The notes under the pieces were generated by a model. It saw only the letters and a list, made by a program, of their open reading frames with translations. It had not been told where the DNA came from and did no database searches. A stretch of 63,148 nt of DNA, the filler included, from Dimargaris cristalligena (taxonomy: Eukaryota): the NCBI GenBank assembly GCA_003614675.1. It is 16 parts of 16 records of this genome, joined end to end, with 100 filler letters (N's around TTAATTAATTAA, not from the genome) between each part and the next. Parts side by side here need not be neighbours in the genome. Positions count along the whole stretch, not along the records: positions 1 to 3,910 come from ML003863.1; positions 4,011 to 7,906 come from ML003864.1; positions 8,007 to 11,868 come from ML003865.1; positions 11,969 to 15,858 come from ML003866.1; 12 more parts are not named here. One strand, given 5' to 3'. Below are positions 1 to 12,408 of the stretch, one piece after another. Numbering within the stretch: the first letter of the stretch is position 1; every line of letters starts with the position of its first letter. A program made the position numbers and the translations under genes.

Positions 1-1063
1 GAATTTCCCAGCATAGGTCTTCCGAATGCTCCTGCAAGGGTGTAACTGTAGGATGTGCAGGGATCACATGACGAAGGTCACGACTAGTTTGTCTTGTGGA
101 GAGGATAATCCATCCCGACCCATGTCAGTACACCTGTCCCTTGGTGCTGGATTTGGGGTGACTATAGTCGCCAATTCCCATTACGGGTGAATATATTATT
201 TGACTACTAGATACCGCGTATCATATTCAATCGAATAGGTGGCTCGGGTAAAATTTATATCCACTCCCAGAACGCAGAGAAGAGCTACTTCCATAAAGTA
301 AATCAATATCACTATAGTCATTTATGTATAGTTCTATTATATATAAAAAGCCCGCGGTAATTTAAAGTTGAAAAAGTGGGGTTAAGGCAAAAAAAAAAGT
401 ACAACAATGGTGCGACACCCTCGTTTAATCGCAATGTCATAAAAACAAAATGAAAGGCTGGTCAAAAAATACAAATCTCGCTAGGGCCTACACCCTTAAT
501 GACTCGCATCAGACGAGTGAGATAGACAGTAAGTGGGCCATGGTTGGATTTTAACCGCCCAAAAATATAAATGAATAGTCGAGTATTGCAAAACATATAA
601 AAATAATTAAAAAAACCCCCCACAAAAAGAGAGCGGACGACCAGTAGGCGTGCAAGTGATTCGTATTACTCGAACCACTCAACAGGCTCTACCCCTAGCA
701 TCCTTCGAACTCAATCAGCTCGGTTTGGATGGACAGTGGTAAAATTAAGCCGCGTACACAGGAGTGTTATGCAATGATGTGGGATTGATAATAGCCAACG
801 GCACATAAGTCATCCACAGCGTGTTAGCAAGGGAAATCACCGCTTCGGAAAGCAGGGTTCCGAAACTACAACACGAAACAGGTTCTACTGGAAGAATTGA
901 AAATGGAGCCGTGGAATGACCCGGATTACCAATTAACAATCAACTGTCAACGCGCGCTAGTACAGAGAGTGTTTGTGCGTGAGTGAACCGAATCGGAGAT
1001 GGTCGATCAAATCAACTGGGCAAAATCTAGGTGTATCAAAACACACAATGATAATATCCCCAT

Positions 1064-3910
1064 CTAACCCTTTCGGCGGGTACGAATGGGTCGCTGGGTA
1101 ATCACTTGAATGCCCCGGGGGGTCAGTTCGCTTCGTAGGCCTATCGGATAAAAACATTTGCATTTAAGCACGGTTGCGCAACATATCGAACGAAAAACAA
1201 TTGTATAGATGACATAAATTGGTTAGTAATTTGGGGTTCGCAGTTTAGATCACCCCCCCCAGCCCGTCTTTGAATTAGAGGCGCCAGTCTACTCCGAAAA
1301 ATCGGCCATATCGACAACAACATCAATCGTTCTTTAAAAGGACATTTATAAAAACGGGCGTGAAAATAAACATTAATACGAAAGAGTTCGAACTTACCGC
1401 GTCGCTGGCTTTCCAATTCCTGTTTCTCGTAGTTGAGTACAATCTCCTTAAGCTGTTGTTTTTCCTTCTGTTCGGCGCGCTGTTTAGATAAAGTGTTGGA
1501 TACGAGGGATGAGCTCACCGGCACACTCAGTTGTTTGAGCTGCTGCTTGTTACCCTTTTTGGTCAATAGGGTATAGAACGCAACGGGTCCGTGGGGGCCA
1601 CTGCCGCTCGGCGGATGGCCGCCGGCTACAGTGGGGGCGTTGGTGGAGGCCGGCGAAGTCGGCGTGGACGAAGTCGTGGGTGGTCGGTTCGCCCCGGCGG
1701 CTAACTGTGGCCATTCAGCGTCGGTGGAGTTAAAGGGCGGTGAACCGGCGGAATACGGGTAGGAGGGTGGTTCGCCTTCCAATTGCAGCCGGCGCTCCCG
1801 TAAAGCTAGTGGAATATTCACTTCCAGAGTCGTCGGCCGTTTCTCCAATTTACGGGCTTCCAAACTTTCATTGACCATCCGGCGGTACTCTTCGTTGAAT
1901 TCGGCTTCTTCGGCCTGGCGCCGGGCCGCCTCTTCCTCTTTACGCTGGCGGAGGTAAAGCTGGGTTTGCTCCTCCTCCAGGCGTAGACGCTCGTACTCAT
2001 TGTCTGATACCTCATCCTCGTAGGCCTCAAAGTCTTCCTCGTCAAGTCGGGCAGGGTCTTCCCCTTCTTCATCCCCATCATTGTCGTTATCGTTGCCGTC
2101 GCCACTATCGTCCTTATCCCTGTCTTCACCCTCATCAGATCCCAAGAGAGACTCCGTAAAACTCGGTTTGCCGGTACCAGCGGTATATTCAGTGTCGTGA
2201 CCATTTAGACTCCGGTTGCTAGAATCGTGTCCCCCAGCCTCTGAGTCGCGAGAGTTCGATCCTGATGCCGAACCCGTCGCCTGAGACCCAGGAACACCAC
2301 CAACGTCGCCATCCCCACCCCGCTGCAGCTGCTTAGCCGCCTGGCGCGCCTGCTGCCGGGCCACTCGCTTCAGCTCCCGGGCCACGATGACTTCGTAATG
2401 GGCGGCCGCTTCGTCGTAGGTTTCAAATAACCGGGCCGGGACGGGCACCGGCCGCCGGCGCAAGAGAGGGTGGTTCAACGGGCCGGTTTTCGACGGGAAG
2501 AAGGCGGAGGTTGGCCCCGCGCCTAATCCCCCGTCCAACCCTTCGGTCGGATACACCCGCTGTAGGGTATCTTCCAGCAGGAACTGGATTTCAATGGGTA
2601 GGCCCGGTTTAGCCAGTCCGTAGAGTTGCAGATGAGTGACGAACGCTTCGAGACGTGCCCGATGGGAGGGGTCGGCGCTTTGGCTCAGGGACGGACCACA
2701 GGTGTCAAGGAGCAGGCAACACAAGCGGGTCCGGAAATGATCATGCGGGAGATCAAACGGCGACGGTGCGCGCGAGGGGTGGGGATGGGGGTCCGCATGG
2801 CCGAATCCGAGGATCGTGAACAGCGTATCGAAAATGAGGTGACTCTCGATGGCGTGGTACAAGTAAAGTTCCCCGAGGTATTTAACCTGGGCCAGTCGCC
2901 GCTGGTTATGCTTGAACAGATTCTGTTCCAACCCCAGTCGGATACCTTCCAACAGGTCGTCAATCACCACCGCTCCCAAATCCGGGTGGTAGGTCATGAG
3001 TTCGCTCAGGAGCATGGCCATGACCTCAATATTTCCGAATTGGACTTTCCAGATACGTGTAAAAGAGGAATACAAAGTCCCGAGCACTAAAGGGTCGTCC
3101 CAGTCCAGTTTACGCAAGAGTTGGAAGACGGTTTCCACTTCACCCTTGTTAGCGCGGGTGTACAGGAGGTGGCGGATATAGAGTTCCATGGTGGTACGCG
3201 GTTTACGACGACGGACCGCCGCAGCGGCCGAGGACGGCGGATTGCATTGGTAGTAGGCGTTATCCAGCATCACCGTTAGGCGAGGGTCCAACGGTATCGC
3301 CTGGCGCTTACGCTTCGTCATTTCCAACAACTGTCCCATAACGGCGTGAGTTTCAGGCCGGCGGTAAAAGTACCGCCCGGCGGGTTCCAGGAAACCGCGA
3401 CAGGCCACTTCGACCGAGTACTTGGAGAAGTCCTGGATCAACGTTTTGAAGCAGTACAGCGGCAGGTGCTTGGGGGCCACCTGGAATTTGGTTAATTCGG
3501 CAATGTACAGCACGTTGCGAATCCGGCGTTCGACCCACCCGATCACGCCGTCACTGCGGATGCGCGCGTAAGTAAGGCGGCGGAACTGCTGTTCTAGGGC
3601 GGTGGTCAAAGTCTGCCCAATGTCGGGAAAATAGGGGTGAAGGGTGGCTACCAGACGTGCATAGTAGGGAATAAGATCGATACGTTCCCGGGGCACCACC
3701 AGAAGTTCCTCCACTAGCTTACGGCGGGCCGCTTTAGTGTTCATGAAGCAGAAGTCAACGGCCGCCTGATCGATTAATTCGCGATTACTGCGGGTGGGAA
3801 GTTGGGCAAAGAAGGTCTTAAGACGAGCTGGTAAGGGCTCAGTGGATACACTGGCGGTGGTTGGAGTGGAAGACGGGTGGGACGCCATCGGCTCACCGTT
3901 AGTGGACTGG
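1064..3910 (-). CDS. UPF2: Nonsense-mediated decay factor Upf2 (MIF4G domains, acidic linker, C-terminal Upf1-binding region); 5'-truncated by contig end. Exons 3910-1398 and 1140-1064
   Basis: Motifs FFAQLPT..NRELIDQAAVDFCFMNTKAARRKL, LDNAYYQCNPP, KHNQRRLAQVKYLGELY, acidic tract, LLTKKGNKQQ. GTAAGT donor at 1397, TACTAAC branch-like site near 1225 and TAG acceptor at 1141 give an in-phase last exon GLRSELTPRGIQVITQRPIRTRRKG*. Confidence 0.95.
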
Positions 3911-4010
3911 NNNNNNNNNNNNNNNNNNNNNNNNNNNNNNNNNNNNNNNNNNNNTTAATTAATTAANNNNNNNNNNNNNNNNNNNNNNNNNNNNNNNNNN
4001 NNNNNNNNNN
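3911..4010. other. Artificial contig-joining spacer N44-TTAATTAATTAA-N44; same spacer at 7907, 11869, 15859, 19848, 23821, 27783, 31739, 35694, 39647, 43586, 47515, 51436, 55352, 59258
   Basis: Identical 100-nt N blocks with an all-frame stop linker; flanking contigs are of near-equal, broadly decreasing length. Confidence 0.99.
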
Positions 4011-4090
4011 TTGAAAATAAACATCCCACCAATTTTCCCATACACATATCGGTTAAAACCTTATACAACCAAGCTGAACTTCACCCATAT
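4011..4090. mobile_element. Degenerate partial copy of the ~142-bp MITE family
   Basis: taaaaccttatacaacc..ctgaacttcacccatat matches the end of the copies at 16212-16353 and 35094-35235. Confidence 0.6.
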
Positions 4091-4407
4091 CTTACTGAAT
4101 TCATTATAAACCTACAGTGGAACGGCATGTAGAGGTATGGTGTCATCGAGCAGGTCTAAAGTCGCAGCAAATAACCATTTCACCTTAATTCTGGAAGGTG
4201 CTAAAGGTTGCCAGTCAGTCAAAGTGATTAAGCCAATCCAAGCACCAAATGGGGCTAGCCGCCAGTGTGGGGGACTTTCATTAACTGGATTACTTACATT
4301 GGTGCTGGTTAATGTCGATCAGAAGAGACCTACTCTACCTGTAGTATGCTGTCATAATTAGAGGGGTGGTTGGTATCCAGGTCGATTGAGGAAAGTATCC
4401 ATTTTAT

Positions 4408-6792
4408 TCATTGGGTGGGGGCTTTTCGTTTTGCCCGCAGCCGCTCAGCCAGCAACTGGGCCTTTGTCTGCCGCTCTTGTAGTAGAGTGGGATTTGCGGC
4501 TAGGCCTTCTATGGAAGACTTTGCATTAGAAGACTGACTACCCGTGCCGCTTGGGCCTCCCCCCTCTTCGGCTAGAGCAGGCGCAGGGGGGCTATTGTTG
4601 GTTGATCTCTTTAGTGTAGTCCCCGATTCGACTATAACCGAGGGTAGGCTCTGCTGTTGCCCCTGGGCGAATTTGAGAAGTGATTGGTAATAGGGGTAGT
4701 ACTCGTTCCAGGGCAGGATAAATCCAAATGCTGGATTACCCGCGTGCTTGGTTGCAATAATCGTCTCCAACTCGGGGCCACTGGCTGCAATGGATGTCGC
4801 CGTTTTTTGAATGATTAGCTGTAGCTTAAGGTCCGACGGAATCCTAAACAGGCAAATGTAATATCAATAACACCATAGCTTCACGCCTCAGCACACAGGT
4901 CAAGGGCGGGATATGGTAGTCGCATCACCCCACAGCCTTAGAGGGTCAATCTTTAAGTATATTAGAGGTATATATCACCTACCTGGGTAAGCTGGCCAAT
5001 GTCGAAGGTGTCTCATCGGCTGGCAAGGGAGTTGGGCTGGCAGACTTGGATGGGCCTTCATTACCATCAGTGTCCGTTCCCGAATCGCTATCATACATGA
5101 CCAACTGGTTCAGTTGGGTATCGCCAGGGGCCAAAGACGGGGGGCTCGCCACAACAGAACTCTCATTACCTGTAACTTCCTGGACTGCATCCGACGACTC
5201 CTCGGCATCACTCCAGGCCAAATCCCGCTCACACAAGTCGAGAATGTGGTTGTAGAATGGGTACAAATCATCCAACCGGTTCAAAAACCGAAAAAGGGGG
5301 TTGTGGCTTTGCTTCGCTTGAATATAGGCCTCCATCGGAAGGTCTGGGGCGTTCTCGGATTTTTGCTCCCGTGACTTGGCGATGAACTTGGCTGTCCGGT
5401 AGATGAGATCAGAGATTTCTTGAGTCGGTGGCTATGGCCCGAACGATGGATAAACAATAATCACACAGAAGGTGGAAATGATATAAGTACCGAGAAGTGG
5501 TTCATCGTTATTTCCCGAGTTAGGAAATATTATGGCTAAAAGTAGCACTGGTTGAGTCACATCGACTGTCTAGGTGACCTACGCAATGCATATTAGATTT
5601 ACTCACCAACTCAACATCGAAAGGAACTCGACCGTGAAGGTTTATCCATTGTCCAGTGGTTGGGTTCAGGCGCCATCTTTTATGGGGGTCGTCGGAGTCA
5701 CTCTCGGAAGCGCCATCATTTAGATCGTGGTATTCCAAGAATTCAAATCCAATTGCGTCCCGCTGGTGTGAAACTTTATAGGGGTTTTGGTCCCCGGAAA
5801 GGGTTTCCAACTCATCGACATTTTCGATCCAATTGCGGATATCGTATCTACATGGGGCGGGTAATAGGTGGAGTCAGTCGGGGTCGAGAAAGGTGCCAGT
5901 AAAAATAAACAGGGGAGATACGACAAACTAGTTAATGGACAGGTCATAAGCGATATTCGTATGTTTCCTGTTTTTTCAAAAAAAAGTCGGCAGTCCAATG
6001 CTATGGGTTCGACGTCACTGATTTCAACAAGAACATATACATGGCCACGGGTGAGTTAGGGAATGGTGACGACTAGCCTTCTTGGCCATAGGTCAACTCG
6101 GGCTTTTTGGGGGGAAATATGGTACCCGCTGATCACATTAACCTTCAAATGGCATCGACTTGCATGATCTCTATGATGCGATTAGTTCGGTGTAGTGCCA
6201 AATATAGGAGCCGTCTCAGGAAGCATCGTGGTGTTCGGGAGCTTAGATAGTAGCATGGGTCCGTATCACATAGCGCGTGCTTTAAGTATCCACCAGGTTC
6301 AATGGGGGTCAACTGTAGACTGGCAATCTGATCTAGCGATATAAAGTACCAGCCGTGGAGCTATTGAAATGGGGCCGCCATTGCTAATTCGGCCAACCGA
6401 AGTTTAGAAGTCGGCCGTCGATGGCAAAAAAACCCCCACATGTCTTAAGTTGAAGTTGTGCATTGGCATTATTTTTGAAACCTATCCAGCCCACCACAGA
6501 GGGGCCACGAGCATGGGCAAAAGCAGTTTTCCATAAGGAAATGGTTAACTTTTCTTTGGTAATACTAGCCAAAAGAGAACAGGAAGCGTTACCTGTCTAC
6601 CCAAAGTGTCTCGCCGTTGACTGGGGTGCCGCCAAGCCAGCCCATGCGAAACTGGCCTGGTTTGGTTAGTGCGAGGGCGACCCCCGGATCGTTGAATATA
6701 CGTGCTTGGTAGCCTAACGCATGCACTTCGGGTTCCTGATCAGCCGGGTCATCCGGTGCCCATTTGCGATTCTGAAAGCGTCGACGGGACAT
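4408..6792 (-). CDS. SFSWAP: Suppressor-of-white-apricot-like splicing regulator (DRY_EERY N-terminal domain + two SURP/SWAP domains). Exons 6792-6593, 5847-5607, 5431-4983, 4843-4408
   Basis: Spliced translation gives VHALGYQARIFNDP..W..LWVDR|YDIR, then PPTQEISDLIYRTAKFIA..NPLFRFL..LYPFY and IIQKTATSIA..NPAFGFI..YYPYY. All introns are GT-AG and in phase. Confidence 0.85.
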
Positions 6793-8006
6793 AATAAGCA
6801 AGGCAAATGAGCAAAGTATGGTGACAATGAGGGAAAAACTCTAATTAATAGTTTTTATGCCAGACGAAAAATGAGGAAGGGAAGCAGGGTCGCGACGCCT
6901 GGGAGAAACCAAGCTGGCTTCCCCGGTGGGCGGCTCTTCCGACACATGGCGCGAATGCGCTGTAAGCGTAGTTCATTGGAGTGTCCATTTGCAACACTCC
7001 CATTGCCCTATCTTGTATTTGGATATACCCCCCGCATTTTTTTTTGCTGCAAAGTGCTGGGCTAGGAAGGGGTCGGTGGTCTGAGGCTGGGATGTATATT
7101 TCGCTTGCTTCTCAAACTGCCCAGTCCAACCGAGCCTATTGCTACTAATCGTAATGACCCGAGAATTAATGGAATCGGTCGGGTTATTTGTTTCCCGCCA
7201 TTATATAGTGGGGCGTTTCTCTATTATTCTCATTATTAATACCGGTAGTCAGCGAAACCTTACAGTCGGGACACTGTATTACTACATAGTATAGGAGGGG
7301 TGCGGGTCTATCGGCATGGCTAACTCATCCCTAGATGAGTCCTAGGATACCGGATATAGCAGAATATAGTTACCAATGTCTAGTCGTATACTTCGCCTGT
7401 TCACTCACAATAGCTCCTTAGTCTTTCCTTCCAACTTCTATTCCCATCCTACTTTCTATTTTAAAAACGGGAGTCAACTTGGTCGCCCGACTGTACTACG
7501 GTTGTAGTTAAGCAACACTTCAGGCCAAGGTTATCCCGTTCGCTGATTTAGACGGACCTTGGCTTACCTTTGGCAATACTGACTTTAAGCAAAACTGGCG
7601 TTGACACACTACGCCAGACTACTGGGTCTAGCTCATTCACCACTCATGAAGATACATCCTGTTTAAGAGCACTGTCTGACAATTATTCACTGGGGTCCAT
7701 TTGCACTATGAATGTGGCTATTGTACAGAGAGATGAGGCCACAACAAATAATAATAATATAGCCGATGCAGTGCTTATTCCCGACTGATGGCCGCATTTA
7801 GAGGGGATACCCTAAGTATTGGACAGATCGCAGGTACTCGCGCACGGGGTGCTGTGTCATTGCGGGGGGTATTTCTCTGGATTCAACTTAAATAGCAGAC
7901 CCTATANNNNNNNNNNNNNNNNNNNNNNNNNNNNNNNNNNNNNNNNNNNNTTAATTAATTAANNNNNNNNNNNNNNNNNNNNNNNNNNNNNNNNNNNNNN
8001 NNNNNN

Positions 8007-9235
8007 ACCCCAACTACTACAATCTTGGCGGGATCACAGCCACCCATTTATCGGACCACCTTTCGGAACTGGTGGAAATCACGCTGGAGGGCCTGGCCAA
8101 CTCCCACTGCATTACCATTGACGACGACACGCAGGTGGCACCAGCTAACTTGGGGCGGATCGCGGCGTACTACAACATCAGCTGTACCACCATCGAAACG
8201 TTTAGCTCCGCCCTCCAGGCCACGACCAAACTGCAAGGGTTGTTGGAAATTCTGTGTGCGGCGGCGGAATTCGAGGATTTGGCCGTGCGGCACCATGAGG
8301 AAGGGGTCCTGCGCCGCATCGCCCACCATGTGCCCTACAAGCTCCACAACGAACGATTCGATTTACCGCTGGCCAAATGTCATGTGCTGATCCAGGCGCA
8401 CTTCAGCCGCTTGCAACTGCCCCCGGATCTCGCTTCCGACCAGGCCCGTATCCTGGGTAAAATGATCCCGCTGATTCAGGCCACGGTGGATATCGTCTCC
8501 ACCGAAGCCTGGCTGAAACCGGCTCTGGCGGCCATGGAACTGTCCCAAATGGTCGTCCAGTCCCAGTGGGAGTCCGAGCCCGTACTCCGCCAGGTCCCCC
8601 ATTTTAGTAAACCGGTGGTGAAACGGGCCCAAAGTTTAGGCGTCAACTCCGTGTTCGAAATCGCGGAAATGGACGACGAACAGCGGCAGGCATTGTTCGC
8701 TGGCCTGAACCCCCGCCAGGTCGCGGATGTGGCGGATTTCGTTAACCACTACCCCGAAATTGACCTCCAGTTCGAACTGACCGACGGGAATACCCTGGTG
8801 GCCGGTCAGGCCGCCTCCCTACGCGTGGCCCTTGAACGAGAGGGCGATGAGGAAGAGGAAGAAGGTAGCGACGATGGCAACGATAAGGAAAAGCAATCCG
8901 GAGGTGGTAACCCACCCGCGGTCCGTGACATCGGCCCGGTGATCGCCCGCTACTTCCCTTTTACTAAACCCGAAGGCTGGTGGGCGGTGCTCGGCGACAC
9001 GGGTACCCAAACGCTCGCGGCCATTCGTCGGGTGGGATTCCAGCAGCGACTGAACCTGAAACTGGGCTTTACCGCACCCGATCAACCCGGCGACTACACC
9101 TATAAACTCTTCCTGATGAGCGATGCCTACCTGGGCTGTGATCAGGAATACGAAGTGAAATTCCTGGTCGTCCCCGATGACGAAGCGGACTCAGAGTCGG
9201 AGGCGGAATCAAACGGAAGTGAAAACTCGGAGTAA
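8007..9235 (+). CDS. BRR2: U5 snRNP helicase Brr2/SNRNP200, C-terminal Sec63 unit; 5'-truncated
   Basis: NLGRIAAYYNIS, LIQAHFSRLQLPPDLASDQ, ALAAMELSQMVVQ, KPEGWWAVLGD, YKLFLMSDAYLGCDQEY. Confidence 0.95.
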
Positions 9236-10098
9236 ATCCGTATCTGTGCTTAAAAACCACGGCCTTTTTTTTTATTTACCCTTCCGGGACTTTATTTGGT
9301 CCATATATACCCTGTTCCTTTTAGATCATTTCGCCCTTCTCTTAACTGTTTCTCATACACATACACACACAATGGGGGCATTTGTTCATTCGAAATCGGC
9401 TTTGGCCTGATTCTTTAATGAATTTTTTTAGGACTGACCTGCGCTTAGAAAATATGTTGTCGCTTATTTAACTAGTACTATTATACACTATTATATCTTT
9501 ACATAAACCGATTAATTGCGACTAGCTAAATGTAGATTACTGTGTAGTCTTAAGTATTAAATGTTATGAGTATGCTCGGCTCAATGCACCCCCTATGTTA
9601 TCCAACCCTGTGGATATATGGGCGAGGGCCAATCCAGCTGTATAGCGAAATGTCAGTTTAATAACAAATATTATTAGTCAATAATGCACATCCTGCCTCC
9701 TTTCCCGTATAAGTAATATATACCGTTAAAAATCTGAAACGTTGGTCTTGCGCTACCCCCCTCCCCCTATTCCTTCCTTCCACTCTGATCAATTATCCAA
9801 TATTAGTGGTTCAAGCGAGAATGTTCCCTATGCCAAGGACTTGTTAATATCGAATCCATTATCGATGATGAAATAATATATACCGAACTTGGCGAATTTA
9901 TAACGAGTGTCTACAATGACAGCTTGCCACTCGCTTGCGAATGTGGGGTTTGTATAAACAGGATAAATGGCAAGGCTCGTAAATGTATGCATATATATAG
10001 AAGTATGTACGATAATATATAGACATTTGATAAAAAATAAAAGGTTAGATTTAAAAAAATTCAAATACACGCAATAAGAAATATAAAATATACCTGGT

Positions 10099-10525
10099 TT
10101 AAGCCAGCGCCGATTCCGAAACCGTAGTCTCGCAAATACGCAGTCCGCCGTCAATGGCAATATACATCCGGTGACTGGCCGTAGTATTGGGGAAGGTGCT
10201 CGTTTGGAACATGTATTCCTGCTTGGCCAGTTTCCGGTTCGACGAATCGTAGCTATAAAAGAGGGTGGCCACCGCCTCCCGTTCCGCGGCAGCCTCCACC
10301 ACGTTGAATCCGGGGTGGCCGGGGCCGTGGCGACTCAGGAGGTCCTTATCATCTTCCGTCGGAGATTCTGTGGTCCGGTGGACGACCAGGCATTCTTTTT
10401 CGTGGAGGAGACGATTCACGAGGGCGAAGCGACGCGGAAAGCGGTGCAGCAGGGAAGTGGCCTGGCCGATGCCAGTTTCAATGGCTTCCAGCTGGTTCAA
10501 CAGGGATTCATAGGGATGGCCGCCG
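10099..10525 (-). CDS. RAB3GAP1: Rab3 GTPase-activating protein catalytic subunit, extreme C-terminal part, inverted relative to the rest of the gene
   Basis: ESLLNQLEAIETGIGQATSLLHRF..LVNRLLHEKECLV..VATLF..KQEYMFQT..SHRMYIAIDGGLRI resembles the RAB3GAP1 C-terminus as I recall it (EEIIHQITNVEALIARARSL..REFILRT..PQRMYSVL..FRL). Junction position approximate. Confidence 0.8.
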
Positions 10526-11868
10526 GGATTCCCTGGCCGACTACCACCAACTGTTCCCCGATGTTCAGCGCCAGCGTCTGTCCGTCTTTCTCCGCGAGGG
10601 CACCGGGGTACTGCCCGGCCAGTCAAATATCGCCACCACCCTGGCCAAGAATATGGGCCGGCCTGTGCGCGTCGACTACGATACGGTACGCGTCTCCGAG
10701 TCCGAGTACAATCGGTTAAGTGATGATGACTCGGATTGGTCCGGCGCTGAGTCCGAGTCCGATCATGAAGGCAGTGACGGCAAGGCGAGCACCGCCGGCC
10801 AGGTTGCGCGCCGGGGGTCCCGTATGATGCGGAAACTCTCCATACGGAGGGGAACCGGTCCCTCTCACCCTCACCCCCTGTCGTCATCGGTTCCTCTGCC
10901 CCCTCGTACTATTGCATCTATTCGTCGACCCTCCGATCTACCCGACTTGTCCAGCTACTCCCTGACCAGTTCCAGCCCGTCCCGAAACTTGAACAATGGC
11001 TCGGGCCTGAAAGCCCTTCTCAGCCCAATTACCGAAAAGCTCCCGCCCCTATCCGACGACGACGACGACAGTGCCAAATCCCCCGAGCCCGCCCGAGACC
11101 TGGAGCCCCTCGCCGAATTGGAATCGGAAGCCGAAACTAGTTCGGATTCCGAACCGGAGCCGGAACCTATTGACTTGCAACGGGAGGGCCATGCCTACCC
11201 CTCCCCCAACCTGACCCTGTTGAACTCAGGGGAAACCCTGTGGATCCCCGAGACCCAGGAAACCCCCTTCATGACCGAGGATCTCCTCCAGGCCCAGGAG
11301 GAGTACCTGGTGGAACTGGGTACTTCGCCCGAGGCCGCCCTACAACGGGCCAAGATTATGTCCGCCGAACTCTTCTCCGACATGGAAGCGTTTAAGGCCG
11401 CTAACCCTGGCTGTGTCCTGGGCGACTTTGTGCGCTGGCATTCCCCACGCGATTGGGTGGAAACCGAAACTACGGGCGCAGTCGATGGCCCAAGTCCCAT
11501 GGGTAATACCGACACCGATTCACCGTCGCTAAAGGCGGCGGGGGCCGCCGTGTCACCCATCACCCCGGCGAATCAATCGGTCGCAGCGTCCCCCACCGGA
11601 CCCTCCGACCAAAGTCCGGATAGCGTAGCCAGCAGCGGGGTCACATCAGCTTCCGGGGGTCAACTGAGTCTCCGTATGGCCGAGGCAAACAACCTCTGGC
11701 AACAACTGTGGAAGGAGGCCCAACCGGTCCCCGTCTCCCGCCAGACCCTCCTCTTTGACCATAATCGCGAAGCCGAACGGGTTCTCCAATATCTGGAACA
11801 GCTGTCCGCCTCCGACGTGTTCCAATTCCTGCTGCCCCCTACGTTTCTGCTGACGTACGAAATGTTAG
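10526..11868 (+). CDS. RAB3GAP1: Rab3 GTPase-activating protein catalytic subunit, central part; truncated at both ends
   Basis: LWIPETQETPFMTEDLL, LFSDMEAFKAANPGCVLGDFVRWHSPRDW, LSLRM..NLWQQLW..PVPVSRQ.LLFD..EAERVLQYL. Confidence 0.93.
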
Positions 11869-11968
11869 NNNNNNNNNNNNNNNNNNNNNNNNNNNNNNNN
11901 NNNNNNNNNNNNTTAATTAATTAANNNNNNNNNNNNNNNNNNNNNNNNNNNNNNNNNNNNNNNNNNNN

Positions 11969-12025
11969 TACTTGCCTCATCAAATGGATTTTTCGTTATA
12001 CAGCCTTGTTGAACTACTCCCATGT
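11969..12025. mobile_element. Degenerate partial MITE copy
   Basis: aatggatttttcgttatacagccttgttgaactactcccat matches aatggatttttcattataccgcctgaatgaacttctcccat at 16060-16099. Confidence 0.65.
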
Positions 12026-12045
12026 ATATGTTACCAATAGAGTAT

Positions 12046-12408
12046 TCAAAATGCTTGAGTCTGGCTCAAAAAAAGACCACTTCTGTGAATTTCCCATTTG
12101 GTCTTAGTGCAGTATGCCCTTGTACACAACTCGGTAGCTAGCCTCTTAGTGAATTCTATATTCTGAGATGACAATCGCCTGGGGCATTTGTAATAATGTG
12201 TTCCACTGGCGTAAATCCGTTTGCTCGAATGAATTAAGGCATTCATATGGATATCCAGCCTTTTCAATGTCTCCTGCCGCCAGTGAATGTCCATTCTGAT
12301 GTATAATACATCATCTAGAACCATTTCAACTGGAAACTGCTTTTTCCGGCCCGTGCTACCTGATTGGGCCAATGCTTGATTTATTGGCAGTAGTTCATTA
12401 CACTCCAA
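12046..12408 (-). pseudogene. Possible remnant of an IS5/IS4-like (DUF4096-type) transposase N-terminus
   Basis: GRKKQFPVEMVLDDVLYIRMDIHWR resembles GRPxxxxLRxVLDAIxYxxxTGxxWR; adjacent to a MITE copy; no DDE core seen. Confidence 0.25.

Noticed and set aside
1141..1397. C-terminal ~85 aa of the 915-aa ORF
   Set aside because: Read-through into an intron (GTAAGT donor, TACTAAC, TAG acceptor).
1818..3538. Overlapping and antisense ORFs within UPF2 (likewise within BRR2, the TrhO gene, TSPO and the F-box gene)
   Set aside because: Expected shadow ORFs of GC-rich coding sequence; no motifs.
7620..7790. Possible snoRNA or U6-like motifs (ATGAAGA..CTGA, ACAGAGA, hairpin-ACA)
   Set aside because: Boxes are non-canonical or wrongly spaced; no recognisable guide or U6 context.
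1141..9235. Apparent RNA-processing cluster UPF2 - SFSWAP - BRR2
   Set aside because: The three genes lie on separate contigs concatenated by size.
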